Shown here: positions 30,163 through 40,162 of the stretch, piece by piece | How the letters are laid out: every line of letters begins with the position of its first letter | How positions within the stretch are numbered: the stretch's first letter is position 1 | Source: Verrucomicrobiaceae bacterium | GTDB taxonomy: Bacteria; Verrucomicrobiota; Verrucomicrobiia; Verrucomicrobiales; Akkermansiaceae | Assembly: GCA_051252135.1 (NCBI GenBank) | Contig: JBPOGH010000009.1 | Coordinates: 32,001 to 96,000, forward strand | Reading direction: 5' to 3' | Length of the DNA stretch: 64,000 nt | Translations under genes and position numbers: made by a program | Notes under the pieces: model-generated | Database searches by the model: none | Seen by the model: only the letters and a program-made list of their open reading frames with translations | What the model was told of the DNA's origin: nothing

Positions 30163-30705
30163 ATGAAATTGATTAGTGAGCCACTGCCCGGACTGAAGGT
30201 GTATTGTCCCTTCGTGTTCGAAGACGAGCGGGGAAACTTTGTGAAGCCTTTTCACGAGGGGCAGCTTGCCGGGATCGGGATTGAAATGGAGGTGAGAGAA
30301 GAGTTCTTCTCAACTTCAGGGAAGGGCGTCCTGCGAGGGATGCATTTTCAGCTTCCGCCCCACGATCACGCAAAGATTGTCTATTGTATCACGGGGTCAG
30401 TGCGAGATGTGATTCTGGATCTGAGGAAGAATTCCCCGACGTTTGGCCAAGCGGTAGGGGTCGAGCTTTCCAGTAAAAACAGGCACTGTGTCTATATTCC
30501 AAAAGGAATGGCCCACGGGTTTCTGAGTTTGGAGGATTGTTCGTGCCTGGTTTATAAAACCGACTCGGTGCATGCGCCGGATTCCGACAGTGGAATCTTG
30601 TGGAACAGTTTCGGGTTTGACTGGCAGCTTGAGGATGTTGATCCGATCGTGAGCGGGCGCGATCAAGTGCATTCCCGATTGGAAGAGTTTAATTCACCAT
30701 TTTAG
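30163..30705 (+). CDS. RmlC-family NDP-4-keto sugar (3,)5-epimerase
   Basis: DERGNF, GVLRGMHFQ, DLRKNSPTFG and G.AHGF. Confidence 0.9.
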   Translation: MKLISEPLPGLKVYCPFVFEDERGNFVKPFHEGQLAGIGIEMEVREEFFSTSGKGVLRGMHFQLPPHDHAKIVYCITGSVRDVILDLRKNSPTFGQAVGVELSSKNRHCVYIPKGMAHGFLSLEDCSCLVYKTDSVHAPDSDSGILWNSFGFDWQLEDVDPIVSGRDQVHSRLEEFNSPF

Positions 30706-30707
30706 AT

Positions 30708-31547
30708 ATGAAGATTTTTTTAACGGGAGCTACGGGATTTATAGGTTCACATGTGGTTAATCAGGCTACCGCTGCCGGGATCGAAGTGACCGGTTTGAGA
30801 AGGAGCCCCGAGTCCTCTCCCCGGGTTCCCCTCCTGACCGATCCGCAATGGCTGGACAGTGCAATGGACAGCATCCCTCCCCATTCATTTGAGGGACATG
30901 ATGTCCTGGTTCATCTTGCGGCCCATACGCCCAATCTGCCGTATGACACGCTGGAGCAGTGTATCTACTGGAATTGTGAAGTTGCGCTTAAGATGCTGAA
31001 TCAAGCGTATGATCAGGGCGTCCGCAAATTTGTCCTGGCCGGTTCTTGTTTTGAGTATGGAAACTCCGGGCAGCAATACGATTTCATTCCTCCCAATGCC
31101 CCGCTGGAACCAAGCGGGACTTACCCGACATCGAAGGCGATGTCTTATCTGGCGTTTCGTGAATGGGCGAAGGGACGGGATGCTGAGGTGTCCTATCACC
31201 GGATTTTTCACGTTTACGGAGAGGGTGAGGCTGCGACCAGAATGTGGCCCGCGTTGCGGAAAGCGGCGATGGACGGGGAGGACTTCGATATGACGGAAGG
31301 CGAGCAAGTGAGGGATTTCATCAACGTGACCGATCTGGCTGCCCAAATCCTCGAGCGATGTGCGAATCAGGGCTACGAAAGCGGTGAATTGCACTGTGAG
31401 AATCTGGGAACAGGCCGGCCACAAACATTGAAGGATTTTGCAGTCGAGTGCTGGAACGGGTGGGGCGCGAAAGGGAGTTTGCTTTTCGGGAAAGTGCCTT
31501 ATCGGGCGAATGAGGTCATGAGATACGTGCCTCTGGTGAGAGAGTAA
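30708..31547 (+). CDS. NAD(P)-dependent extended SDR, probable NDP-4-keto sugar reductase
   Basis: TGATGFIG, GSCFEYG, YPTSK (YxxxK) and GEQVRDF. Confidence 0.8.
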   Translation: MKIFLTGATGFIGSHVVNQATAAGIEVTGLRRSPESSPRVPLLTDPQWLDSAMDSIPPHSFEGHDVLVHLAAHTPNLPYDTLEQCIYWNCEVALKMLNQAYDQGVRKFVLAGSCFEYGNSGQQYDFIPPNAPLEPSGTYPTSKAMSYLAFREWAKGRDAEVSYHRIFHVYGEGEAATRMWPALRKAAMDGEDFDMTEGEQVRDFINVTDLAAQILERCANQGYESGELHCENLGTGRPQTLKDFAVECWNGWGAKGSLLFGKVPYRANEVMRYVPLVRE

Positions 31548-31642
31548 GACGCACTTGCCCGGACTCCGGGACTTGATTTGAAGGTCAATCACGTGGGCTT
31601 CGCCACGAGACCAACTTCCCCAATCGAGGGGTTTTTAATTTT

Positions 31643-32797
31643 GTGAAAAAGATAAGGCTGATTGTCCACTGTCCCAATATCGATCAGACGATTGGGATCA
31701 TGGGGGTGTACCAAGCGATGCTGGCAGACCTCAATACGAGCGCAGAGTCAGGCGACGTCTATCTGGGATTTGATTATAAGGATTACTACCATTTTACGTG
31801 GAGCGATAGCACGAGGAGTGAAATCGTTGCCCTCAAGAAGTCCCCGCGGGCCGAGGGTGTTCGGTCCAAGGCGACATGCTCGTTGTTTTTGCCGTGGTCG
31901 ACTCCGTGGTCGCTTCTGATCAATGTGTGCCGAGCGGTATGGAGAGGGGAACGGGTTGTGATTCCCACGTGGGGGTTCTTTTCCAGCCAGCAGTATGAAA
32001 CGAGTTGGGAAAGGGGAAGAGTGCCGCTTTTCGTGAAGAGGGCGTATTTGCGCACGATGAAGTGGTTCTTTTCGAAGGTCGCAAGCCATTATTATACTTT
32101 TGGGGACGCGGATATTGAGCATTCGAATCTGCCGGAGGAGAAATGTGTCAAAGGGACCATGGGGGTCCCGATATCGCCTGTCTTGTCCTATGACGGGGAC
32201 CTTTCCCAGGTGCAAAGGACGGGGCATATTATTTACGTTGGCAGGGGTTCCTGGGAGAAGAAGGGAATCAAGAATATCATTGATTACGGGCTTTCCGAAG
32301 CGGGGTGTGGTGAGGTCTTCAAATTCTACGTTTCGAGCCCTGAAAAAGGATTTAGGGAAAGAATTGAGGCGATGAATTTACCGAGGGAGCGCTTTTTCTT
32401 TGATTATGAATCGCGTGGTTCGGATTTGGTCAATTCGTGGGCGGGAGCCAAGGCGCTCGTGACGCTCAATCAGAATCCGATACCGGTAAGAACTGCGTAT
32501 GAGTCACTGTCATTGGGTGTCCCGGTGATTGTTTACCGGGAGGGTTGCATGGACATGTTTCAAAAGGTGCTTTCAAGGGTGGGAATTGAGGATGCGGTTC
32601 AAATCGTATCACAAGGTGACCTCATGAATGGTGTTGTGCATCCCAAGGGGCTCACGCCGGATGAGTCGGCGCGATTGCGAAAGGTTTCGAAGTCGTTATT
32701 TGACCCTGAAGTTCATGCGAAGTGGCTGTCTTCGTGGATTTCAGACGAGAGTAGCAATTCAGATTACCTTTCGTTTGCTGAGGAATCACTAGATTGA
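31643..32797 (+). CDS. Divergent GT-B glycosyltransferase
   Basis: IYVGRGSWEKKG and YESLSLGVPVI resemble the GT4 donor-binding motifs; the rest is divergent. Confidence 0.6.
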   Translation: MKKIRLIVHCPNIDQTIGIMGVYQAMLADLNTSAESGDVYLGFDYKDYYHFTWSDSTRSEIVALKKSPRAEGVRSKATCSLFLPWSTPWSLLINVCRAVWRGERVVIPTWGFFSSQQYETSWERGRVPLFVKRAYLRTMKWFFSKVASHYYTFGDADIEHSNLPEEKCVKGTMGVPISPVLSYDGDLSQVQRTGHIIYVGRGSWEKKGIKNIIDYGLSEAGCGEVFKFYVSSPEKGFRERIEAMNLPRERFFFDYESRGSDLVNSWAGAKALVTLNQNPIPVRTAYESLSLGVPVIVYREGCMDMFQKVLSRVGIEDAVQIVSQGDLMNGVVHPKGLTPDESARLRKVSKSLFDPEVHAKWLSSWISDESSNSDYLSFAEESLD

Positions 32798-32811
32798 AGA
32801 GGGGAGTATTG

Positions 32812-34047
32812 ATGGGATCGATAGAAGATAAATATCCGAGGGTTTTCCTCTCCTGCTACGCATGTGAGCCGGGGAAGGGGAGTGAGCCGGAGGTTGGCTG
32901 GAGGGTGGCAACGGGGGTTGCGGAGTATGCGGAGGCGACGGTGCTGACCCGCGAGAATAATCGGGAGGCGATTGAGCAGGGGTGTCGGGAGATCGGCGGG
33001 AGGTTGCCGGATTTTATTTATTATGATCTGCCGGAGGTTTTTCGTCGGTTGAAGAAGAAGGGAATTTTGGGGATCGGGTCTTATTATGTGTTGTGGCAGA
33101 TCGGGGCGCGTTGGCGGTTTAGGCGGGAGTTTGAACAGTTTGATTTGTTGCATCATGTGACGTTCAACGGTTTTCAGTTTCCGGGTTTGTGGGGAGGGGT
33201 GAGCCCCAAGGTGGTGTTGGGTCCTCTGGGGGGAGGGATGACGTTTCCGCGGGCGATATTGAAGTCGTTGAGCGGGGGCAGGAGGAAGGAATGGATCCGG
33301 GGATTGGTGGTGAACAGTTTCCGGTGGAACCCGGCCTGGATTTGGAATTTGCTGGATGCGGATCGGGTGATAGCGGCGAATCATGAGACGGCGGATTTGC
33401 TGCGGCAGGTGCGGACGGATTCGGTGGAGGTGATGCTGGAGACGGGTTACGAGGTATCGGGCGAAGGTGGATTTTCGAGGAGCGAGGGCGGGGCTTGCGA
33501 GGTGTTGTGGGTGGGTGTTTTGATTTCGAGGAAGTGTCCGGTGCTGGCGATTGAGGTGATTGAGAGGGCGGTGTCCCGTGGTGCGGATGTGAGGATGACG
33601 ATGATTGGTGAGGGGGCGATGCGAGGGGAGTTGGAGGAATTGGTGGCGGAAAAGGGGTTGGAGGATCGGATTCAACTGATTGGAAGGATTCCGAAGGAGG
33701 AGGTTGAGGAGAGGATGGCTTCGGCGGATGTGTTTTTGTTTACGAGTATGCGGGATACTTCGGGGAATGTCCTGTTGGAGGCGATGGCGCGTGAGTTGCC
33801 TTTGGTGGTTCCCAATCATCAGGGGGCGGGGTTGATCTGTTCGGAGGAGCATGCGGTGATGGTGGAGGTGGGGGAGAAGGAGACGTTTGTCGAAGATGCT
33901 TCGGATGGGGTGTTGAAGCTGGCGGCTGATGCGGGGTTGAGGGAGCGGATGGGGCGGGCGGGCCGGTTGCGTCTGAAGGAGAATTTTTCGTGGGGTGGGT
34001 ACCATTCCAGAATGAAGAGAATTTACCGCGAGGTGTTAGAAAGATGA
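32812..34047 (+). CDS. Glycosyltransferase family 4
   Basis: YACEPGKGSEPEVGW and DTSGNVLLEAMA. Confidence 0.9.
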   Translation: MGSIEDKYPRVFLSCYACEPGKGSEPEVGWRVATGVAEYAEATVLTRENNREAIEQGCREIGGRLPDFIYYDLPEVFRRLKKKGILGIGSYYVLWQIGARWRFRREFEQFDLLHHVTFNGFQFPGLWGGVSPKVVLGPLGGGMTFPRAILKSLSGGRRKEWIRGLVVNSFRWNPAWIWNLLDADRVIAANHETADLLRQVRTDSVEVMLETGYEVSGEGGFSRSEGGACEVLWVGVLISRKCPVLAIEVIERAVSRGADVRMTMIGEGAMRGELEELVAEKGLEDRIQLIGRIPKEEVEERMASADVFLFTSMRDTSGNVLLEAMARELPLVVPNHQGAGLICSEEHAVMVEVGEKETFVEDASDGVLKLAADAGLRERMGRAGRLRLKENFSWGGYHSRMKRIYREVLER

Positions 34048-34877
34048 GTACGGGAGGAGAGCTTGATTTTTCGATTGTGACGCCCAGTTACAATTACGGT
34101 CACTACATTGGAGAGTGTCTGGAGAGTGTGGCGTGCCAGGAGGGGGTGACCTTGGAGCATCTGGTGATGGATGCGGGATCGACGGATGATACGGCGGAGG
34201 TGGTGAAGGGGTTTGAGCACGCGTTGTTTTACCAGGAGCCGGACAAGGGGATGAGTGACGGGATCAACAAGGGGTTTCGCCGGGCGAAGGGGAAGTGGGT
34301 GATGTGGCTCAATTCGGATGACCGGTTGAAGCCGGGCGTGCTGGCGAAGGTGAAGAGGTTTGTGGAGTCCCGGGAGAAGGCGGATGTGGTGTATGGGGGG
34401 TGGGATTTCATTGATGCGGATGGGGTGGTGGGGAGGCGGATGACGGTGTTTCCGTTTGATCTCCGGATGATGATTTATACGGGGTGTTATGTGGGTTCGA
34501 CCGCGTGTTTTTTCCGGCGCGAGACGGTGCTGGATGAGGGGTATTTGTTGAACGAACACTTCGGGTATTGCATGGATACCGAGTATTATGTGCGGCTGGG
34601 TGCGGAGGGTAAGAGGTTTGAATACTATCCGGAAGTGATCGCGGATTTCAGGCTCCATGAGGAGAGTATTTCCCAGCGGGAGATCGGGGCCCGGGGGATT
34701 GATGGTTTGCTGAGACGGGAGCGGCAGCATGCGGAGCATCGGGCGGTGGTGAAGTTGTATGGTTCTCCGGTGTTTGATGATGCTTTGTTAGACGGGTTGA
34801 GTTTTGGAATTCAGCATCATTTTTATCGGATGATCCGGGGTTTCCAGCGGTGGCGGTATCGGGGAATGACGAAGTGA
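34044..34877 (+). CDS. Glycosyltransferase family 2
   Basis: SIVTPSYN, DAGSTD, INKGF and WLNSDD. Confidence 0.92.
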   Translation: MSTGGELDFSIVTPSYNYGHYIGECLESVACQEGVTLEHLVMDAGSTDDTAEVVKGFEHALFYQEPDKGMSDGINKGFRRAKGKWVMWLNSDDRLKPGVLAKVKRFVESREKADVVYGGWDFIDADGVVGRRMTVFPFDLRMMIYTGCYVGSTACFFRRETVLDEGYLLNEHFGYCMDTEYYVRLGAEGKRFEYYPEVIADFRLHEESISQREIGARGIDGLLRRERQHAEHRAVVKLYGSPVFDDALLDGLSFGIQHHFYRMIRGFQRWRYRGMTK

Positions 34878-34888
34878 AGTAGGGAGGA

Positions 34889-35848
34889 ATGATGGGAGTG
34901 AGTCCGAAGGTTCAGTTTATTGAGGAGTACTGGGGTGCTGTGGAGGCGCGCGGGTGGACTGCGGTGGTGTTGCATGACTGGGAGAAGATTCCGCATGGGA
35001 TTACTTCCGATATTGATTATGTGATTGCGGGTCCCGGTCCGCGGGAGTTGGTGGAGATGATTGGCGGTTATTGCGAGGAGCGCGGGTGGCGTCTTGCGCA
35101 GATCATCGAGCATGAGGCGGATGCGTTGTATTGTGTGTGTTTTCAGAAGGAGGAGCCTTTTGATTGTGTCTTGCTGGATGTGACGTGGGATTACCGGCGG
35201 AAGGGTTTTGATTTGGTGAAGAATGAGGTGCTGGTTCGGGGGTGTTGGAAGCCGGAGGGCAAGACATTCAATGTTCCGGCGCCATCGGTGGAGTTTCTTT
35301 ACCGGTTGATTAAGGCGGCGGCGAAGGGGAAGGATTTGACGGAGGTGGAGGAGGCGTTGAGGAGTTTGGCTGCGGAGGATGAAGAGGGTTGCGGGGAGGT
35401 GCTTCGTGAGGTGGTGGGCCGGGATTTTGGAGGGGCGGATGGGTCGTTTTATGAGCGGGTGGAGGAGGAGTTTTTGAGGGATCCGTATTTTAGTAAAATC
35501 CGGAAGGGGAGGAAGTTGGGGTTGAGGGAGGTGCGGCTTTACGGGAGGCGTGTTATGGAGCCGACGGGGTTGATTGTGGAGTTTCCGGAGGGGGCGAGCG
35601 ATGGGTTGATGAAGGAAGTGGGCGGCAGGTTGGAGTTGGGCTTTCGGAAGACGAGGGTTGAGGGGCGAAGGGGTTCGTGGATTTCCGATTGGGTGGCCCG
35701 GCGCAAGAGTGTGTTGGTCTTGCGACGGGGGACGGGAGGAAGAGGGGCTTTGTTGGTGGATGAGGTGAGGGATGTGGCGGAGGTTTGTTCGAGGGTGGTG
35801 GAGTTTTTGGCGAATCGGGTAGAGGCAAGGAAGGGGGGGTATCGATGA
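34889..35848 (+). CDS. Hypothetical nucleotidyltransferase-like protein with a degenerate kinase-like tail
   Basis: WEKIP....SDIDY and a later LD. The C-terminal PTGLIVEFPEG sits where the P-loop of the 41016 paralog lies. Confidence 0.55.
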   Translation: MMGVSPKVQFIEEYWGAVEARGWTAVVLHDWEKIPHGITSDIDYVIAGPGPRELVEMIGGYCEERGWRLAQIIEHEADALYCVCFQKEEPFDCVLLDVTWDYRRKGFDLVKNEVLVRGCWKPEGKTFNVPAPSVEFLYRLIKAAAKGKDLTEVEEALRSLAAEDEEGCGEVLREVVGRDFGGADGSFYERVEEEFLRDPYFSKIRKGRKLGLREVRLYGRRVMEPTGLIVEFPEGASDGLMKEVGGRLELGFRKTRVEGRRGSWISDWVARRKSVLVLRRGTGGRGALLVDEVRDVAEVCSRVVEFLANRVEARKGGYR

Positions 35849-36840
35849 TTGGAGAGAAGTTTTCGGTCTTGTTCGGTGAGGCTGCGGCGGGGATGCGATT
35901 GGCGGGGATGGGTCCGAGGTTGCGGCTGGGTCTGCCTTTGTCGAAAGAGGGGGTGGGTCGGGCATTGGCGCTGTATCAGCCCCAGACGATGAAGGGGAGG
36001 TTGTTTGTGGCGGGGCTGAAGGGGCTGAGTGCGGTGGGAGGGTTGCGTTTTTTACCGAAGGTGTGCGGAGAGGGGGCTGGTACGGGTGCGTGGGATTGGG
36101 TGGCGGACGGGAGTTCGTTGGGGGCGTTGTTTGGGAATCCAAGTCATGCGCAGCAGAGGGCGATTTTGAGTTATCGGGGGGAGCAGGGATGGGAGATTGC
36201 GAAGTTGGTTTCGGGTGGTGAGGGTTTGTTGGGGCGTGAGAGGGAGTTGATGGAGAGGGCGAGGGAGTTGGGGGTGGGGGTGCCGCAGGTGCGGGGGATG
36301 GAGAGTGCGGAGGGGGTGACTGCTTTGCGGATGGAGTATGTGGAGTCTGCGGGTGGGGCGGTATCAGATGGTGTGATGGTGGGGTTGTTGGAGGGGATGT
36401 TGCTGGAGGGTTCGGGGACGTTGGAGAGCTGGGGTCGGTGGGCTGCGTTGGAGGGGATGTTGGGGGAGAAGGTTGAGAAGGGGACGGTGGTTCGGCGGGC
36501 CTTGGGGCATGGAGATTTTGCGCGGTGGAATCTCCGTCGGGGAGATGAGGGTTGGGTGTTGTTGGATTGGGAGTTTGGTGATCCGGAGGGTTTGGCGGGG
36601 TTGGATTTGGTTCATTATATTTCGCAGGAGGAGGAGCTGGTGAACGGGGGAACGCCGGGTGAGGTGGTGGAACGGGTGTTGGGGAGGATGAGGGCGGCGG
36701 GAGCGGGGGAGTATTTGCGGAAGGCGGGATGGGCGGGCCGGGAACGGGATTTGTTGATGATCGCTTTGGCGGATGTTACGGACCGGGGGCAACAGGATCG
36801 GTCGGGTTTATTGGATGAATTAAAGAAGGAGGAATTGTGA
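35845..36840 (+). CDS. Aminoglycoside/choline-kinase-like phosphotransferase
   Basis: IAK, RERE, Brenner motif HGDFARWN and LLDWE. Confidence 0.8.
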   Translation: MIGEKFSVLFGEAAAGMRLAGMGPRLRLGLPLSKEGVGRALALYQPQTMKGRLFVAGLKGLSAVGGLRFLPKVCGEGAGTGAWDWVADGSSLGALFGNPSHAQQRAILSYRGEQGWEIAKLVSGGEGLLGRERELMERARELGVGVPQVRGMESAEGVTALRMEYVESAGGAVSDGVMVGLLEGMLLEGSGTLESWGRWAALEGMLGEKVEKGTVVRRALGHGDFARWNLRRGDEGWVLLDWEFGDPEGLAGLDLVHYISQEEELVNGGTPGEVVERVLGRMRAAGAGEYLRKAGWAGRERDLLMIALADVTDRGQQDRSGLLDELKKEEL

Positions 36841-39224
36841 AGGGACGAAAACGGGCTAAGAAACGGATGCTGATTCTGGGGCAAACTCCACCGCCCTGGC
36901 ATGGTCAGGCAGTGGCAACGCAGATGTTGTTTGAGCATGATTGGCCGGGGATGGAGGTGATCACCTTGCGGATGGCTTACAGTGAGGAGATGGATCGGGT
37001 GGGCCGGTTTGGGTTCGGGAAGATCAAGCATCTGTTTTATTTGATTCGGGAGACGAAGAAGATTCTGAAGGAGAATCCGAGGACGACTCTTTTCTATCCG
37101 CCGGGAAGTGCGAGTTGGATTCCGTTTATCCGTGATGTGATTTACCTGTTGGCGGTGCGGAAGTTTGCGGCGGCGACGGTGTTCATTCACCATGCGGGCG
37201 GGTTGGCGGCTTTTGTGTCGCGGTCTCCCTTGCGGAGGTATTTGGGGAGGCTTGCGTATGGGCGTCCGGATTTGGCTTTTGAGGTGGCCCATGAGGAGAT
37301 TCCGCCGCGGGATGCGTTTCAGGCGTCGAGTTGGATGTGGTGTCCGTGTGCGATGGAGGTGCCATTGGTTGAGCGGTCCATCCCGGAGAAGGGGAGGGCG
37401 TTGAATGTTCTTTTTGTGGGAAGTTTGCAGGAGGGGAAGGGGGTTCTGGAGGTGATCAAGACGGCGCAGTGGCTGAAGAAGCAGGGGGCGGCGCTGGAGT
37501 TTCGTTTTAATGTGGTGGGGCGGTGGTTCTCGGATCAGTTCCGGGAGGAGGCGCATGATCTGGTGAAGGCGCTGGATGTGGGGGATATGGTGTTTTTCCC
37601 GGGTGAGGTGACGGGTGATGAGAAGTGGAAGACGTATCGGGATGCGGATGTGTTCTTTTTCCCATCGCATTATGGTTCTGAGGCTTCGCCGATTGTGTTG
37701 ATGGAGGCGGTTGGGTCCGGGCTGCCGGTGGTGACGACAAGCTGGAGGGGGATTCCGATGTTGCTTGAGGGGTGCAAGTCCGCGGCGCTGCATCCGGTGC
37801 ACCGGCCGGAGTTGTACGGGCAGTCGTTGCTTGAGTTGAATGCGAAGAGGGAGAATTTCCCGGAGTTTTCGGGGGAGGCGCGGAGTTTTTATGAGGCCCG
37901 GTATCAGCCGCACCATTTTCTGGGGCGGATTGAGGATGGTTTGTGGCGGATGTGGGCCGGTGACCGGGGGTCCTATGATCCGCCGAAGGCCAATATCAGG
38001 CATTCGGAGGGAGATCGGGAGGTCCGGGTGTTGCAGGTGTTCAACCAGTATGCGGATCAGGGCGGGGAAGAGGTGTGGGTGGATCAGATGAGCAAGTTGG
38101 GGAATGATCGTTTCCAGATTTACGAGCTTCGTTTTCAGAGTCGGTCCTGGAGGGTGCGGGGGGCGCCGCCGCTGTGGCAGCAGGCGCAGCTGATGTGGAA
38201 TAATCCGGAGGCTCGGAAGAGGTTACGCCGGGAGATTGAGGAGTTGCGGCCGGATGTGCTGGTGTTTCACAATATTTTCCCGGTGGGTTCGTTTTCTTTG
38301 TATGAGGAGGCGATTCGTTCGGGGGTCCCGGTGTTGCAGTATGTGCATAATTTCAGGCCGTTCAGTCCTTCGGGGACTTTGTGGAGTGGCGGGAAGATTC
38401 GGGAGAATGCGTTGAAGGGGAACCGGTGGCGCGAGGTGTTGGGAAGGGCTTGGGAGGGGTCGTTTTTGAAGACGGGGCTGATGGCTTATTATTTGGATCG
38501 GCTGGATCGGCGGGGGTGGCTGGATTCGTTATCCCATTGGGTGGCGGTGTCTGATTTTATGCGGGAGAAGTTTATCGAGGCGGGGATTCCGGCGGATAAG
38601 ATTTCGACCTTGAGGCATTGTTGGGGGGTGGAGGACGAGGATGGGGTGCTGGAGGATGGGGATTATTATCTCTTTTTGGGGCGGATGGTTCCGGAGAAGG
38701 GGATTTGGGATTTGTTGGATGCGTGGAAGATTCTGGAGGATCGTCTCGGGGAGAGTTGCCCCAAGTTGGTGCTGGCGGGAACGGGTGCGGAAGGCCGTGA
38801 GGTGGGAGCGGCGGTGGCCCAGCGGAAGAAGGTGGAGGCGGTGGGTTTTGTGTCGGGTGAGGCGAAGCGGAGGCTGCTGAGGGGGTGTCGCGGGGTGTTG
38901 GCTCCGTCGCTCTGGTGGGAGCCGCTCGGGCTGATTGTTTATGATGCCTTTGAGCATGAGAAGCCGGTGCTGGCGGCGAGGTCCGGCGGGTTGGTTGAGA
39001 CGGTGCAGGAGGGTGACGGAGGGTTTCTTTTTGAGCCGGGGAATGTGGATGAGTTGTGCAGCCGGGTGATGGAGCTGGAGGAGCTGGGTCCTCGCGGACG
39101 TCAGAAGATGGGTCGGATGGGCCGGGATTGGTTGAAGAGCAAGGCGAGTCCGGAGGAGTGGCAGAAGGGCTTTTTGGAGATTATGAAGAAGGCGGGGGTT
39201 GAGGTATCAGATCGAGTGCAGTGA
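36837..39224 (+). CDS. Bifunctional protein with two fused GT4 domains
   Basis: Two EX7E-like motifs (SEASPIVLMEA; WEPLGLIVYDA) and two [VL]G.....KG motifs. Confidence 0.88.
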   Translation: MKGRKRAKKRMLILGQTPPPWHGQAVATQMLFEHDWPGMEVITLRMAYSEEMDRVGRFGFGKIKHLFYLIRETKKILKENPRTTLFYPPGSASWIPFIRDVIYLLAVRKFAAATVFIHHAGGLAAFVSRSPLRRYLGRLAYGRPDLAFEVAHEEIPPRDAFQASSWMWCPCAMEVPLVERSIPEKGRALNVLFVGSLQEGKGVLEVIKTAQWLKKQGAALEFRFNVVGRWFSDQFREEAHDLVKALDVGDMVFFPGEVTGDEKWKTYRDADVFFFPSHYGSEASPIVLMEAVGSGLPVVTTSWRGIPMLLEGCKSAALHPVHRPELYGQSLLELNAKRENFPEFSGEARSFYEARYQPHHFLGRIEDGLWRMWAGDRGSYDPPKANIRHSEGDREVRVLQVFNQYADQGGEEVWVDQMSKLGNDRFQIYELRFQSRSWRVRGAPPLWQQAQLMWNNPEARKRLRREIEELRPDVLVFHNIFPVGSFSLYEEAIRSGVPVLQYVHNFRPFSPSGTLWSGGKIRENALKGNRWREVLGRAWEGSFLKTGLMAYYLDRLDRRGWLDSLSHWVAVSDFMREKFIEAGIPADKISTLRHCWGVEDEDGVLEDGDYYLFLGRMVPEKGIWDLLDAWKILEDRLGESCPKLVLAGTGAEGREVGAAVAQRKKVEAVGFVSGEAKRRLLRGCRGVLAPSLWWEPLGLIVYDAFEHEKPVLAARSGGLVETVQEGDGGFLFEPGNVDELCSRVMELEELGPRGRQKMGRMGRDWLKSKASPEEWQKGFLEIMKKAGVEVSDRVQ

Positions 39225-40162
39225 TGGGATTATTCGGGAAAGTGACGGCTCGTGAGGAGCGGGATTTCGAGCGTGAGAATGTTCGGGGGAAGAGGGATGC
39301 GTATTTGGCGACGAATCCGCTGGATCGCTTTGAGGAGGATGCGGTGTATCGGGCGAAGGTGGAGCGGGTGCGGGGGGGGATTTGCGGGCCGGGTGGTGAG
39401 GTTCCCGAGGGGTGGGTGTTGGATCTTGGTGGGAATACGGGCGGGGAAGCGACGGTGCTGCGGCAGCAGGGGGTGGCGATGGTGGTGAGTGATATTAATG
39501 AGTTGGCGCTTTCTGTTTCGAAGGAACGGGCGGAGAAGTTTGGGTTGGTGTTACCGGGGTATGTGGCGGCGGATGTGCATCGCTTGCCGTTTGCGGACGG
39601 GAGTTTTGCGACGGTGGCGGTGATTGAGGCGCTGCATCATTTTGAGGATTATGATCAGGCGTTGGGTGAGATTTTCAGGGTGTTGAGGCCGGGTGGGGTG
39701 TTTTATACGCTGGAGCCGAACGGGTGGAATCCGATCCGGAGGTTGAGTGAGGTGAGGGATCGGTTCCGGGGGACGATTGAGAAGAGTTTTTTCCCTTCGG
39801 TTTTGCGGGGGATGTTGGAGAGGGCGGGGTTTGAGTCGGTGGAGGTGGTATCGGTCGAGGGTGGGCGGAGTGAGGGGCGGATGGGGGATGTGCCGGCGTA
39901 CCGGAGGTTTTTTGCGCGGTTCCATTCGTGGCTACAGCGTGATTTTCCGAAGTATTTTGGGGCGCTGGAGGCGCGGGGGGTGAAGCCGGGGGAGGCGGTT
40001 GACGGGAAGGTGATGGATTGGGAGGATTTGTTGAGGGTTCCGGGAGGCGGGGCGGTGTTGAGGAAGGATGATGGGGCGGGTGTTTGGCGGAGTGAGGATG
40101 GGGATTTTGTGTTTCCTGATTTGAACGGGGTTCCGGTATTGGTGGAGGATGACCGATTGTGA
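39221..40162 (+). CDS. Class I SAM-dependent methyltransferase with a Trm112-like C-terminal tail
   Basis: VLDLGGNTG, ADVHRLPFADGSF and EIFRVLRPGG. Tail LLRVP...FPDLNGVPVLV. Confidence 0.85.
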   Translation: MMGLFGKVTAREERDFERENVRGKRDAYLATNPLDRFEEDAVYRAKVERVRGGICGPGGEVPEGWVLDLGGNTGGEATVLRQQGVAMVVSDINELALSVSKERAEKFGLVLPGYVAADVHRLPFADGSFATVAVIEALHHFEDYDQALGEIFRVLRPGGVFYTLEPNGWNPIRRLSEVRDRFRGTIEKSFFPSVLRGMLERAGFESVEVVSVEGGRSEGRMGDVPAYRRFFARFHSWLQRDFPKYFGALEARGVKPGEAVDGKVMDWEDLLRVPGGGAVLRKDDGAGVWRSEDGDFVFPDLNGVPVLVEDDRL

